From NCBI GenBank assembly GCA_900319235.1, contig ONNR01000002.1:86517-150516 (forward strand): a stretch of DNA of 64,000 nucleotides. The letters are read 5' to 3'. Under the pieces are notes generated by a model that searched no databases, had not been told where the DNA came from, and saw only the letters and a list, made by a program, of their open reading frames with translations. Position 1 is the stretch's first letter. Every line of letters starts with the position of its first letter. Positions 43,070 through 52,703 of this stretch are shown in pieces. The stretch comes from an uncultured Prevotellaceae bacterium (lineage in GTDB: Bacteria > Bacteroidota > Bacteroidia > Bacteroidales > UBA3663). The translations under genes and the position numbers were made by a program.

Positions 43070-45991
43070 TTACTTCATAACCTTCTTGCCATCGACGATG
43101 CAGATGCCTTTGGCGTTGTTGACGCGCTGGCCAAGCATGTTGTAGGTGATGCCTGTGGCAGTTGGAGCGACCTCAACGCTTTCGATGCTTACGATATCCT
43201 GAGGAGCAGCGGGAGCGCCGAAGCCACCACGCAGGTTGGCAACACGGAGTTCATAGGTGCCTTCCTCCTCCATGGTGTAGCTGGTGGCGTTGGCATCGAG
43301 AATTGCAGCGATAGCGCCGTCCTTCACGATAGCATAAGCCGGTGCGCCTTCTACAGGAGCCCAGATGAGGGTCTCGCCATCGGTGAAGAAGTCGACAGCG
43401 TCGAACTGAGCCGTATATTGCTCGGGCTTCCAGTCACCGAAGATATTGTCGGTGGTGAGGGCAGCAGCCTCCTCGGCGGTGAGGACGGTCTCGTACTCAC
43501 GATTTCCGGTGTTGTGGGTGAAGTTGACAACATTCGAAGCAGGAGTGGTCACGTTGCCCTCGGCATCGGTGGTGTTGTACTCCTTGAAGCAGTAGGCGGC
43601 AATGTTCATACCTGCGGTGGTCCAACGGCTTGCAGCAAGCGAGTTGTCGAGCACCTTGGTGTTGATCCAGTAGCAGGTCGATTCGCCACCCCACGAACGT
43701 GCGAAGGTGAACTGCTTGCATTCGCTCTTGACGGTGCAGTCGAGGAATACATAGCCATAGTTCTTGCGAGCATCGGTAGAAGCGGTGCAGTTGGGTGCTG
43801 CAACGACATCTTCGCCATTGCCTGGATCAACGCTGCGGCTCTCATTGACGAGGGCTACACGGTTATAGACCACGTTGCCATCGCCGCAGAGGTAATCGAC
43901 GGTACCGTGAATCTCGGAATCCTCCCAGTAGCGGTTGCTTGCGCGGTTGCTGTAGTAGGTGTCCTGGTAAGAGAGCATGCGGACATTCTTCTGGATGGTG
44001 TTGGTACCCTTGTCCTGCAGGCAGACGGCACGACCTGCGCTGCCCGACTTGTAGTAGTCGAGGGCATTCTGGATGGTGAGGTCCTGCAGATAGAGGTTGT
44101 CGGAAGTGTTGAGCAGGGTAGCGGTGGTGCCGATGCCCTCGTTCTCGACAGCGGGAGCGTTGACGAGGATGGTGCCCTCCATCGATTCGCCGATGATCGA
44201 GATGTTGTTGCCCGAGATCTGGGTCAATACGAGTTCGCCGAGGTCATACTTGCCGTTGGGCAGGAAGATCTTGGCATTGCCGGTAGCATTGGCCGAAGCC
44301 AGGGCAATGAGGAAACTGTTGGCATCGTTGGCAGGGATGCAGTAGTAGCCGGTAGCTTCGTCGTACTGTACGAAGTCAACCACGTTATAGACGGTCACCT
44401 TGTGGATGTAGGTGGTGCCACCGAAGGTGATGGTGAGGACGTCGGCCTTGTCGCTGTCGTACTGGAAAGTAGTCTCGGCGCCATCGTTCTCGACCTGTAC
44501 GGGGAAGGTGGCAACGGTCTCGCCAGCCTCGTTGGTGACGGTAGCCTCGGCGCCTTCAGCCGAATAGCGGCAGTTGCCGACGCTGATGATGGCCTTGCCG
44601 GCTACGGCAATGGAGAGGCTGTTGCCTGCACCGAACGACCAGCCGTGCTGAGAGTCGTGGAATGAACCACCGTTGTTCCAGATGGCCTCGTGGTCCTCGA
44701 TGTAGAAGTTCACCTTGTTGAGCTCGTAGATGTATCGCGAGGTGTTGGTCGGCACTTCGATTTCGGTAGCCTTGGCATAGAGATTGAGGTTCTCCTGAAC
44801 GGAAACGCCTTCGGCAATCTTCACTGCACTCGACTGTGTGGAGTTGAACCAGCCGCGGAACTTGTAGCCTTCGGCCACGGTGACGTTCTCGGCACCATAG
44901 GCAAACTTGAGGGCAGAGCCGCCTTCAACCTCTTCCTCACCGATGATGGTCTTGCCATCGACGTCGTAGTAGCGAACGGTGCAGATGGGGATGAGCTCGC
45001 AAGCCTCGGCGTAGAGGAACGGGCAGTAAGCGCCCAGATTGAGGGTGAGGGTAGTGGGCTCCTCGCTGTTGTAGGTCCAGGTGACGAAGTGGTCGAAGCT
45101 GGTGCCTGAGTCACAACCTGCGGCACGGGTGTCGAGGGTAACCAGGGTGTTGCCTTCGGCATCAGCCACGGTAGCCTGGTTGCTGTATCCGCAACCGCCT
45201 ACGGTGAACTTGACCGGGCCGTCAACGGGAACGGTAACCACAGCGTTCGAATAGCCATGCTGTGCATCGTGCCAGGTGCCGGTGATGGAAACGCCTTCGG
45301 GCAGACCTGTCTCGGGAACGAGGACGGTGTATGGGTCGGAGCGGAAGTCAACCTTGAAGTCGGTGAATGCACGGCCTTCCTCCGTGCCGCTCACGGTGCC
45401 GTTGATGCGGATGTTGCCGATCGACATCTTCTTGTTGCTGGCCACATTCGAGATGTAGAAGCGCAGCTTGAAGGTGCGGCAGCCCTCGGCAGTGATGGCC
45501 TCGTCGTGGGTGAGGGGAGCCACATCGATGTTGACGTTGTTGTTGCGAAGAATCTGATTCTTGGGGTCGGAATAAGCTACGATTTCGCTCTCAACTTCGT
45601 CGCAGACATACGACCAGGAGAAATAGGCATTGTCGGTACCCTGCTTTACGGCATCGAACTGAACGTTGGAAGGAGTAAAGGTCAGGCCCTTTTTCATTTT
45701 CACGGTATATTCAACCATGTCGGTCTCGACGCATCCGGGATCGCCCGTCGATGGCTGATAGGTGGCCAATGTGCCGCCTCCATTGCTGGTGGCATCGTAG
45801 GTGCTTACGTTGAGGTCGGTGCCTACCTTGAGGCTGGTCTCGAGCACAGCGTTCTCGATTTCGGCCGAAAGGGTGGCTGAGTTTTCGTTGCCCACAGTCC
45901 AGGTGGCTGTGCCGGCAACGCCATCCCATGTCTGTGCGCCAGCGGTGGCTGCCACAAACAGTGCAAAAACTGAAGTTAGAATCTTCTTCAT
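43070..45991 (-). CDS. Multidomain CE8 pectin methylesterase with T9SS C-terminal sorting domain
   Basis: Signal peptide, a ~560-aa non-catalytic N-terminal region, CE8 motifs (LSYQDTYY, IHGTVDYLCG), and a C-terminal ITYNMLGQRVNNAKGICIVDGKKVMK. Confidence 0.85.
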   Translation of the reverse strand: MKKILTSVFALFVAATAGAQTWDGVAGTATWTVGNENSATLSAEIENAVLETSLKVGTDLNVSTYDATSNGGGTLATYQPSTGDPGCVETDMVEYTVKMKKGLTFTPSNVQFDAVKQGTDNAYFSWSYVCDEVESEIVAYSDPKNQILRNNNVNIDVAPLTHDEAITAEGCRTFKLRFYISNVASNKKMSIGNIRINGTVSGTEEGRAFTDFKVDFRSDPYTVLVPETGLPEGVSITGTWHDAQHGYSNAVVTVPVDGPVKFTVGGCGYSNQATVADAEGNTLVTLDTRAAGCDSGTSFDHFVTWTYNSEEPTTLTLNLGAYCPFLYAEACELIPICTVRYYDVDGKTIIGEEEVEGGSALKFAYGAENVTVAEGYKFRGWFNSTQSSAVKIAEGVSVQENLNLYAKATEIEVPTNTSRYIYELNKVNFYIEDHEAIWNNGGSFHDSQHGWSFGAGNSLSIAVAGKAIISVGNCRYSAEGAEATVTNEAGETVATFPVQVENDGAETTFQYDSDKADVLTITFGGTTYIHKVTVYNVVDFVQYDEATGYYCIPANDANSFLIALASANATGNAKIFLPNGKYDLGELVLTQISGNNISIIGESMEGTILVNAPAVENEGIGTTATLLNTSDNLYLQDLTIQNALDYYKSGSAGRAVCLQDKGTNTIQKNVRMLSYQDTYYSNRASNRYWEDSEIHGTVDYLCGDGNVVYNRVALVNESRSVDPGNGEDVVAAPNCTASTDARKNYGYVFLDCTVKSECKQFTFARSWGGESTCYWINTKVLDNSLAASRWTTAGMNIAAYCFKEYNTTDAEGNVTTPASNVVNFTHNTGNREYETVLTAEEAAALTTDNIFGDWKPEQYTAQFDAVDFFTDGETLIWAPVEGAPAYAIVKDGAIAAILDANATSYTMEEEGTYELRVANLRGGFGAPAAPQDIVSIESVEVAPTATGITYNMLGQRVNNAKGICIVDGKKVMK

Positions 45992-46188
45992 AGGCTTAAA
46001 GATTAAGAGTGGTTAGAAATATTGTGTTAAAATAGTGTTCGTGCTTTTTGCGGGAGATCTGAAAAGAACTGTGCCCATAGATGCGGCAAAATTAGAAAAG
46101 AAAATTCAAAAATGCAAATATTTTTACACATTTTTAAATATATAATGAAAAAAAGGGGGTAAATTTGTTCAACTTATCATTTTTATTA

Positions 46189-46196
46189 TTACTTTT
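46189..46196 (+). promoter_or_regulatory. -7 promoter box (TACTTTTG)
   Basis: 55 nt upstream of the ATG at 46252. Confidence 0.45.
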
Positions 46197-46251
46197 GTCC
46201 CCGAAAACATTGAGAATAAGCATCGATGAAAACCTGTACACTACAAATTGC

Positions 46252-46875
46252 ATGAAAAAGGACAAGCCTAAGAATCAGAACATATTTCAATCGGTAGCCG
46301 ACCGATTGTCGCGTTTCTTTTTGAAAGAAGCCCCTACTGAGCCGGAATCGACACCGACACCAGCCGCTCCTTCCGATCCTGCAGAACCGAAGCAGGAAGA
46401 GCCATCGGACAAAGGAGCAGAGGCGCCAGGTGTTGAATCCGAAGCTCCGACCAAGCGCGTGAGAGTGCGTCGCAGTAGGGTAAAGGTCAGCCGACCAAAG
46501 TCCCGAACGGCAGAAAAAAAGGAGAAGGCAGAGGCGACGACTTCGATCTACGAACTGCCGTCTGACAAGGTGGGTCCGGCCATACGTGAATTTGTCCTCG
46601 CACATCTCTCCGACGAGAGTCTCAGCGTCGAAACGATGGCAGCGCAACTCAAGGTGAGCCGTACGAACCTTTATACGATTGTGCATCGTGAATTCAGCGT
46701 CACGCCTGCCGATTACATCCTCGACCTTCGTCTGAAGAAAGCCGAGGCCTTGCTGAAGGAGGGGTTGAAGGTGCGTGAGGTGGCCATGAAGTGCGGTTTT
46801 GCCGATCCGAAATATTTCAGCAAGGTATTCAAGAAATACTACGGCATTCTGCCAAGCACTTTCAGCGCTAAGTAG
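46252..46875 (+). CDS. AraC-family HTH transcriptional regulator with a disordered Pro/Glu/Lys-rich N-terminus
   Basis: ATG at 46252. The C-terminal AraC double HTH contains LSVETMAAQLKVSRTNLYTIV and VAMKCGFADPKYFSKVFKKYYG. Confidence 0.85.
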   Translation: MKKDKPKNQNIFQSVADRLSRFFLKEAPTEPESTPTPAAPSDPAEPKQEEPSDKGAEAPGVESEAPTKRVRVRRSRVKVSRPKSRTAEKKEKAEATTSIYELPSDKVGPAIREFVLAHLSDESLSVETMAAQLKVSRTNLYTIVHREFSVTPADYILDLRLKKAEALLKEGLKVREVAMKCGFADPKYFSKVFKKYYGILPSTFSAK

Positions 46876-46905
46876 AATTGCCCGACTTATTTAATCATTA
46901 CGAAT

Positions 46906-49107
46906 ATGTTAGATATTTTTCCATCGTTGATCTCCAAGGCGCTCAGCATTCCCGAGCCGCAGGTCAAGGCTACCCTCGACCTGCTTGAGTCAGGTTGTAC
47001 CATACCGTTCATCAGCCGTTATCGCAAGGAGGCGACCGGTTCGCTCGACGAAGTGCAGATTGCCGCCATCTACGACCAATACGAGAAGCTGGGTGAATTG
47101 CAGAAGCGCAAGGTTACCATACTTTCCACAATCGAAGAGCAGGGCAAACTGACCGATGCCCTCCATCATCGCATCGACAACTGCTGGAATTCCACCGAAC
47201 TCGAGGATATCTATCTGCCCTATAAGCCAAAGCGCAGGACACGTGCTATGGTGGCACGCGAAAAGGGCTTGGAGCCTTTGGCACTGTTCCTGTTGTCGCA
47301 GGCCGGTGACCTCAAGCAGCGCCCTGCCACGCAGGGGGATGTCGAGTTCGAATGTGCGCAGTACGTCAATGCCGAAAAAGGCGTGGCCAGTGCCGACGAA
47401 GCCCTCAAGGGGGCGCAGGACATCATTGCCGAGATGGTGGCCGAGGACGAACAGTCGCGCAATACCGTCAGACGAAATTTCCAGTTCGATGCCGTCATCA
47501 CCTCGAAGCGTGTGAAGAGTACGAAGGCATTGAGCGAAGCCGAGGAACTGGCTGCCCAGAAGTTCCGCGATTACTTCGACTGGAGCGAACCCTTGAAGCG
47601 TTGTGCCAGCCATCGTCTGCTGGCCATGCGTCGTGGCGAAGCCGAGGGCGTGCTGCGTCTGTCGATTGCTGGCAACGAAGGCCTTTGCATCGACCGGCTC
47701 TGTCGCCAATATGTGAAGAGCAGTCGTTCGGCAGCTTCGCCGCTCGTTGCCGATGCCATCGCCGACAGCTTCAAGCGTCTGCTGGGCCCAGGCATCGAGA
47801 CGGAGTTTATGCAGAGTGCCAAGGAGAAGGCCGACCAGGAGGCTATCCTCATCTTCGTGCGCAATCTCGAACAACTCCTGATGTCGGCACCCTTGGGACA
47901 GAAGCGTGTCCTCGCCCTCGACCCAGGTTTCCGTACGGGTTGCAAACTGGTCATCCTCGATCGCGAAGGCAACCTCCTTCATCATGACGTCATCTATCCT
48001 CATCCGCCGAAAAGCCAGTTCATCGACGCGATGAACAAGGTGGAGGATCTGGTCAGGAAATACAAGATTGAAGCCATCTCGATAGGCAATGGCACGGCTT
48101 CGCGCGAAACGGAGGAGTTTGTCAAGGGCCTCGACCTGCAGGGCGCTCAGGTCTTCGTGGTCAGCGAGGATGGCGCGTCAATCTATTCGGCCAGCAAGGT
48201 TGCCCGTGAGGAATTCCCCGATGAGGATGTCACCGTGCGTGGTGCCGTCTCGATCGGACGACGACTGATGGACCCGCTTGCCGAACTTGTCAAGATCGAT
48301 CCCAATTCCATCGGTGTGGGACAATATCAGAAGGATGTCGATCAGAAGGAACTCAAGAAGAGCCTCGACCAGACCGTGGAGAATTGTGTGAACAAGGTGG
48401 GTGTGAATGTCAATACGGCATCCAAGCATCTGCTGACCTATATCTCTGGTCTCGGCCCGCTGTTGGCTCAGAATATCGTGGATTATCGTGCCAAGCATGG
48501 TGCATTCAGCAACCGCAGGCAATTGATGGATGTGCCTCGTATGGGTCCGAAAGCTTTTGAACAGTCGGCGGGCTTCCTGCGCATTGCAGGGGGTGACAAT
48601 CCGCTCGACAATTCCGCAGTGCATCCCGAGCGTTATGCCATCGTCGAGAAGATGGCAAGCGATCTGGGTTGTCACGTCAACGACCTCATCGGTCCTGAGG
48701 GCAAGGCTTTGCGCGAAAAAATCGACCTCAAGCGATATGTCACCGCTGCGGCCGATGGTTCGGGTGTAGGTTTGCCTACGCTGGAAGATATTTTGAAGGA
48801 ACTTGACAAGCCAGGTCGCGACCCACGACAGCAGCTCGAGGAATTCTCGTTCTCCAGCGAAGTGAAGACGCTCGAGGATGTGCAGGTGGGTATGGTTCTT
48901 CCTGGTATCGTGACCAACATCACCAATTTCGGCGCTTTCGTCGATATCGGTGTGCATACACAGGGTTTGGTGCACGTTTCGGAGTTGGCCGACAAATATG
49001 TCAAAGACCCCAACACCGTCGTCTCCCTGCATCAGCACGTCAAGGTGCGTGTCAAGGATGTCGATCTGCGTCGAGGTCGTCTGTCGTTATCGATGAAGAA
49101 TCTGTGA
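46906..49107 (+). CDS. tex: Tex-like RNA-binding transcription accessory protein
   Basis: Tex N-terminus (TIPFISRYRKEATG), YqgF/RuvC-like and HhH regions, and a C-terminal S1 domain (GIVTNITNFGAFVDIG). Confidence 0.95.
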   Translation: MLDIFPSLISKALSIPEPQVKATLDLLESGCTIPFISRYRKEATGSLDEVQIAAIYDQYEKLGELQKRKVTILSTIEEQGKLTDALHHRIDNCWNSTELEDIYLPYKPKRRTRAMVAREKGLEPLALFLLSQAGDLKQRPATQGDVEFECAQYVNAEKGVASADEALKGAQDIIAEMVAEDEQSRNTVRRNFQFDAVITSKRVKSTKALSEAEELAAQKFRDYFDWSEPLKRCASHRLLAMRRGEAEGVLRLSIAGNEGLCIDRLCRQYVKSSRSAASPLVADAIADSFKRLLGPGIETEFMQSAKEKADQEAILIFVRNLEQLLMSAPLGQKRVLALDPGFRTGCKLVILDREGNLLHHDVIYPHPPKSQFIDAMNKVEDLVRKYKIEAISIGNGTASRETEEFVKGLDLQGAQVFVVSEDGASIYSASKVAREEFPDEDVTVRGAVSIGRRLMDPLAELVKIDPNSIGVGQYQKDVDQKELKKSLDQTVENCVNKVGVNVNTASKHLLTYISGLGPLLAQNIVDYRAKHGAFSNRRQLMDVPRMGPKAFEQSAGFLRIAGGDNPLDNSAVHPERYAIVEKMASDLGCHVNDLIGPEGKALREKIDLKRYVTAAADGSGVGLPTLEDILKELDKPGRDPRQQLEEFSFSSEVKTLEDVQVGMVLPGIVTNITNFGAFVDIGVHTQGLVHVSELADKYVKDPNTVVSLHQHVKVRVKDVDLRRGRLSLSMKNL

Positions 49108-49131
49108 TCTTGGGGCATCGGGCCGCAGCCT

Positions 49132-49341
49132 TTACGGTACAGGGTCGTAGCCCGAGCCGCCCCAGGGATGGCAGCGGCAGATGCGCTTGATGCCAAGCCA
49201 TGTGCCTTTCAGGGCACCGTATTTCTGGATGGCTTCGAGCGTATATTGCGAGCAGGTCGGCGTGAACCGGCATGCAGGCGGTGTGAGCGGAGAGATGAAC
49301 CGCTGATAGAAGCGGATGAGTGAGATGAGAATGAATTTCAT
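49132..49341 (-). CDS. yidD: Membrane protein insertion efficiency factor YidD
   Basis: [32 protein letters not shown] and [13 protein letters not shown]. Confidence 0.95.
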   Translation of the reverse strand: MKFILISLIRFYQRFISPLTPPACRFTPTCSQYTLEAIQKYGALKGTWLGIKRICRCHPWGGSGYDPVP

Positions 49342-49769
49342 GATGGCTGGTTTTTCGCGGTTTCAAGGATGGCGCGCTGCAGTTTGCCGATGGCTTTGCC
49401 CATCAGCTTGTAGGTCTGCTCGAAGGTGATGAACTTGTTGTCAACATAGAGGAATGCCACTTCAATCGTTTGCCCGGTCTTTTCCAGGGCGGCGTGGAGT
49501 GGCAGTTTCTGTGTGCGATAAGCCTCGCGGGTGAGACGCTTCACGTGATTGCGATCGACGGCATGCTTGAAGCGCTTCTTGGGAGCCACGGTCATGATGG
49601 CGCATTGTCCCTGCTTCTCGGGGGCAGGCAGGTTTTCGGCATCAGCCTTCTTGATCAGATACACTACCCTGTAAGGAAAGACCACGAAAGTACGTCCATT
49701 GGCGAACAGTTCGTCAATGGATTCTCTCAGATACAGTCTTTCGCGCTTGGGTAATGTAAATTGTTTCAT
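49338..49769 (-). CDS. rnpA: Ribonuclease P protein component
   Basis: Basic RNR-like motif ([16 protein letters not shown]). Its stop overlaps the yidD start (ATGA). Confidence 0.85.
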   Translation of the reverse strand: MKQFTLPKRERLYLRESIDELFANGRTFVVFPYRVVYLIKKADAENLPAPEKQGQCAIMTVAPKKRFKHAVDRNHVKRLTREAYRTQKLPLHAALEKTGQTIEVAFLYVDNKFITFEQTYKLMGKAIGKLQRAILETAKNQPS

Positions 49770-49851
49770 CGGAATCTGACTCTTCAGATGGGATTAAGCA
49801 ATGGCTGGCCAAGCCATAGGAAACTGGTTGAAAATACGATCCGAGTGGCCT

Positions 49852-50592
49852 TTAATCCTGGTCGCTGAGGTACTTCTGCAAGACGCTGGCCATCGATGGA
49901 AGTTCGGGCGTGGGGCCCTTGGCATCGATGCGGAGGCCGTGTTCCTCGGCAGCCTTGGCAGTCAGTGGGCCGAAGAGACCGATGCGCTGATCGCCCTGCT
50001 GGTAGTCGGGCATATTCTCGTAGAGTGACTGGATGCCCGAGGGTGTGAAGAACACCAGCATGTCGTACGAGGAAATCTCCTCCGAGGTGATCTCCATGCT
50101 CACCGTGCGGTACATCACGGCTGGAGTAACCTTGAGTTTTGCCTTCGTGAAGGCTGGAATCTCGTCCTTGTGAACCTCGGCAACGGGCATCAGGAACTTC
50201 TCGGTGTTGTGCTTCTTCATCACCAGGGCCAGGTCTTCGATCTTGCCCGACTTGGAGTGATGCACCTTGCGCTTGCGGAAGACGATGAACTTCTGCAGGT
50301 AAAGGGCAACTGCCTCGGTCTGGCAGAAGTACTGCATCTCCTCGTTGGGCTTGGCGCGAAGTTCCTCGGCAAGTTTGAAGAAATGGTCAATCGCCGTCTT
50401 CGAGGTGAAGACGATGGCCGTGAAGTTGGGGATACTGATTTTCTGTGTCCGGAACTCTTTCGGGCTGAGCGATTCGACGCGAATCAACGGCTTGAAGGTA
50501 AGCGTTACTCCAAACTTGCGCTGGATGTCGAAGTAGGGTGACTTGTCCGAGGTAGGATAGGGTTGTGAAACCAGAATATTCTTGATGTCCAT
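49852..50592 (-). CDS. Uroporphyrinogen-III synthase-like (HemD fold) protein
   Basis: 246 aa with ILVSQPY...FTAIVFTSKTAIDHFF and VFFTPSGIQSL patterns typical of Bacteroidota HemD-like proteins. Confidence 0.7.
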   Translation of the reverse strand: MDIKNILVSQPYPTSDKSPYFDIQRKFGVTLTFKPLIRVESLSPKEFRTQKISIPNFTAIVFTSKTAIDHFFKLAEELRAKPNEEMQYFCQTEAVALYLQKFIVFRKRKVHHSKSGKIEDLALVMKKHNTEKFLMPVAEVHKDEIPAFTKAKLKVTPAVMYRTVSMEITSEEISSYDMLVFFTPSGIQSLYENMPDYQQGDQRIGLFGPLTAKAAEEHGLRIDAKGPTPELPSMASVLQKYLSDQD

Positions 50593-51323
50593 TATACTTG
50601 CAGTGAGGTAAATTTAACCCAAATGACCCACAGGGGTGCAATTTCGAGCGTGCAAAGATATACAATTATCAGAAACAATGAGCTAAAACCGTCGTAAAAA
50701 ATCTTAATTCCACTAAAAATAAAGGAAAATTGTGACAAAATGAAGACCGCGAAAAGCAAAACAAGTGCTATTTGTGATGGTATCCATCCTGCAATCAGCC
50801 CTATGAAGAGGAGCATCGACAGGGGTGCGAGCACAACGAATGCGGCCTGATAACTGCGGTTCATGATGGTGCGCTTCTCCTTTATGCCAAGCAGGTAGCA
50901 GAACCAGTTGAACAGCACGCCTTGCAGCACATACCATATCGGCAGCAATGACATGCACAGGCCAATTTGTACCAATGACGGTGATGTGATGGCAAAAAGG
51001 TGTTCGGCAGGCGCATTGTCGGTGAGGCAGAAGAGCGTCAGACCAAAGAACAGGAACATCTGCAGCAGCATCAGCGGCTTGAGCCAGGGGTAGATGACAA
51101 CTACCGATTCGAAGGTGCGTGCATTGCGCGTGTCGGTGATCCATGCCAGCTGGTGTCGCATCACGCTCTTGTCGCGGCAGGCGAGAATGTCGATGGAAAG
51201 GAACAACAGGATGAGCACCACCAGCACGGCATTGTCCTCGAGCCGTAATTGGGCCCAGGACAGCGAGGAGGCCGCCGATGCCGCCCCTTCCACAAAATTT
51301 ATGTCGTACGGATTGAAGATCAT
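50592..51323 (-). CDS. Polytopic membrane protein (DUF4271-like)
   Basis: The ATG at 51323 overlaps the upstream stop (ATGA). About 6 TM helices. Its stop overlaps the hemD-like start by 1 nt. Confidence 0.7.
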   Translation of the reverse strand: MIFNPYDINFVEGAASAASSLSWAQLRLEDNAVLVVLILLFLSIDILACRDKSVMRHQLAWITDTRNARTFESVVVIYPWLKPLMLLQMFLFFGLTLFCLTDNAPAEHLFAITSPSLVQIGLCMSLLPIWYVLQGVLFNWFCYLLGIKEKRTIMNRSYQAAFVVLAPLSMLLFIGLIAGWIPSQIALVLLFAVFILSQFSFIFSGIKIFYDGFSSLFLIIVYLCTLEIAPLWVIWVKFTSLQV

Positions 51324-52531
51324 TGGGGCAGTATCTGGAAGGTGGCTTCCACAGGATAGTGATCGGAGAGTTTCACGTCCTTGCGTACCCTTGAATGGAG
51401 TGCGCGGAAGTGCTTGCTGTGCAACAGGTGGTCGATGCGGAACCAGAAGTGGTGGGCCCTGTAGGTGATGCCTGGGCCGAAGCCCGTTTCCTGCCACGTG
51501 TCGTAGAGGCCCACTTGACGCAGCGATTGATAGCAGTAGCTGATGGGCGTGTCGTTCATGTCGCCACAGATGAGCAAGGGCATGTCATTGGGATGCTGGT
51601 CGAGCAGCACCTGCCTGAGCATCGCCGATTCAGTCGAACGCAGGCGGTAGGCTTGTGCCAGTGCTCGCATCATGCCGGTTCGGATGCGGTCGAGCGAGTC
51701 GGGTTCGAACTTCTCGATCATCTCGTCGTAGAGGATGCGGTCCTTCGGGTCGATCATGTTGCTGCGCAGATGCATGTTGACCAGTCCCATCGTCCGCCCT
51801 CTGACATCCAGTTGGTAATACATGGCCGAGAAGTAGCCTTTCTTCCGCTTGTCGATGCGTATGGCCTTGCGTATCGGGTGCTTCGAGAAGACGGCTATTC
51901 CAAGTGCCTTGCGCTGGTCGTTGGGCATAAAGTCGTAGTAGGGGTAGAGGTCCTTCAGTTCGCCGCGCAGTTCCTGTTCGGTATGCCCGCCTTGTTTCAG
52001 CGTGAAGCCATACTCCTGCAGGCAGACGATGTCGGCGCCCGAATTCCTTACAATATCAATCACGGGAATGTGCTCCTTGATGCGCGACAGGTGCGTCTGT
52101 CCCATGATGTTCGTGTTGAACGAGAAGACGCGCAGGCTGTCCACCGCAATCTCTACGCCCTCTTCGGTCTTCGTCAGAGGTTCGGGACCACCGTTCAGGT
52201 GCATCGGACAGTAGCGCGATGCGGGTACAAAGACGATGGCAAGCGTGACCAGAAGCACCAGCAGGCTGTGCCAGCGACGGAAGAGCAACAATACGAAGAA
52301 CCAGACCACGGCAAGGACAAGTATCACGCCAAAGGCAATGCCAAGGAACGATGGCAGCACCCAGATGGAGGGATTGATGTAGTCGCTGAACGCCGAGGCG
52401 ATGAGGATAATGCACAAGGCAACCGTCAGCATTGCCATCACGGACCTGAATGCCCATTTGAAAATGCTGCCCAGAAGGCTTCCGCCCTTCTTCGGCTTTT
52501 TGCCCTGTTTCTTGCTGTTAGTTTTAGCCAA
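51320..52531 (-). CDS. Membrane-anchored endonuclease/exonuclease/phosphatase (EEP) family protein
   Basis: TTG start, a basic N-terminus and 3 TM helices. EEP motifs DIVCLQE, ICGDMNDTP and SDHYPV. Confidence 0.8.
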   Translation of the reverse strand: MAKTNSKKQGKKPKKGGSLLGSIFKWAFRSVMAMLTVALCIILIASAFSDYINPSIWVLPSFLGIAFGVILVLAVVWFFVLLLFRRWHSLLVLLVTLAIVFVPASRYCPMHLNGGPEPLTKTEEGVEIAVDSLRVFSFNTNIMGQTHLSRIKEHIPVIDIVRNSGADIVCLQEYGFTLKQGGHTEQELRGELKDLYPYYDFMPNDQRKALGIAVFSKHPIRKAIRIDKRKKGYFSAMYYQLDVRGRTMGLVNMHLRSNMIDPKDRILYDEMIEKFEPDSLDRIRTGMMRALAQAYRLRSTESAMLRQVLLDQHPNDMPLLICGDMNDTPISYCYQSLRQVGLYDTWQETGFGPGITYRAHHFWFRIDHLLHSKHFRALHSRVRKDVKLSDHYPVEATFQILPQ

Positions 52532-52703
52532 AATATTTCCTTAATTCGGCGCGAAGATACGCCTTTTTTCCACAATGAGCAAAAAAATGAGGTATTTTCT
52601 GCTGAAAAGTTTGGAAAAGACGGGAAAAATGCTTTTCTTTGCACCATAAATGGCAATTCAAGAATCATCCCCAATCCTTTTTGGGGGACAAATACACCAC
52701 ACA

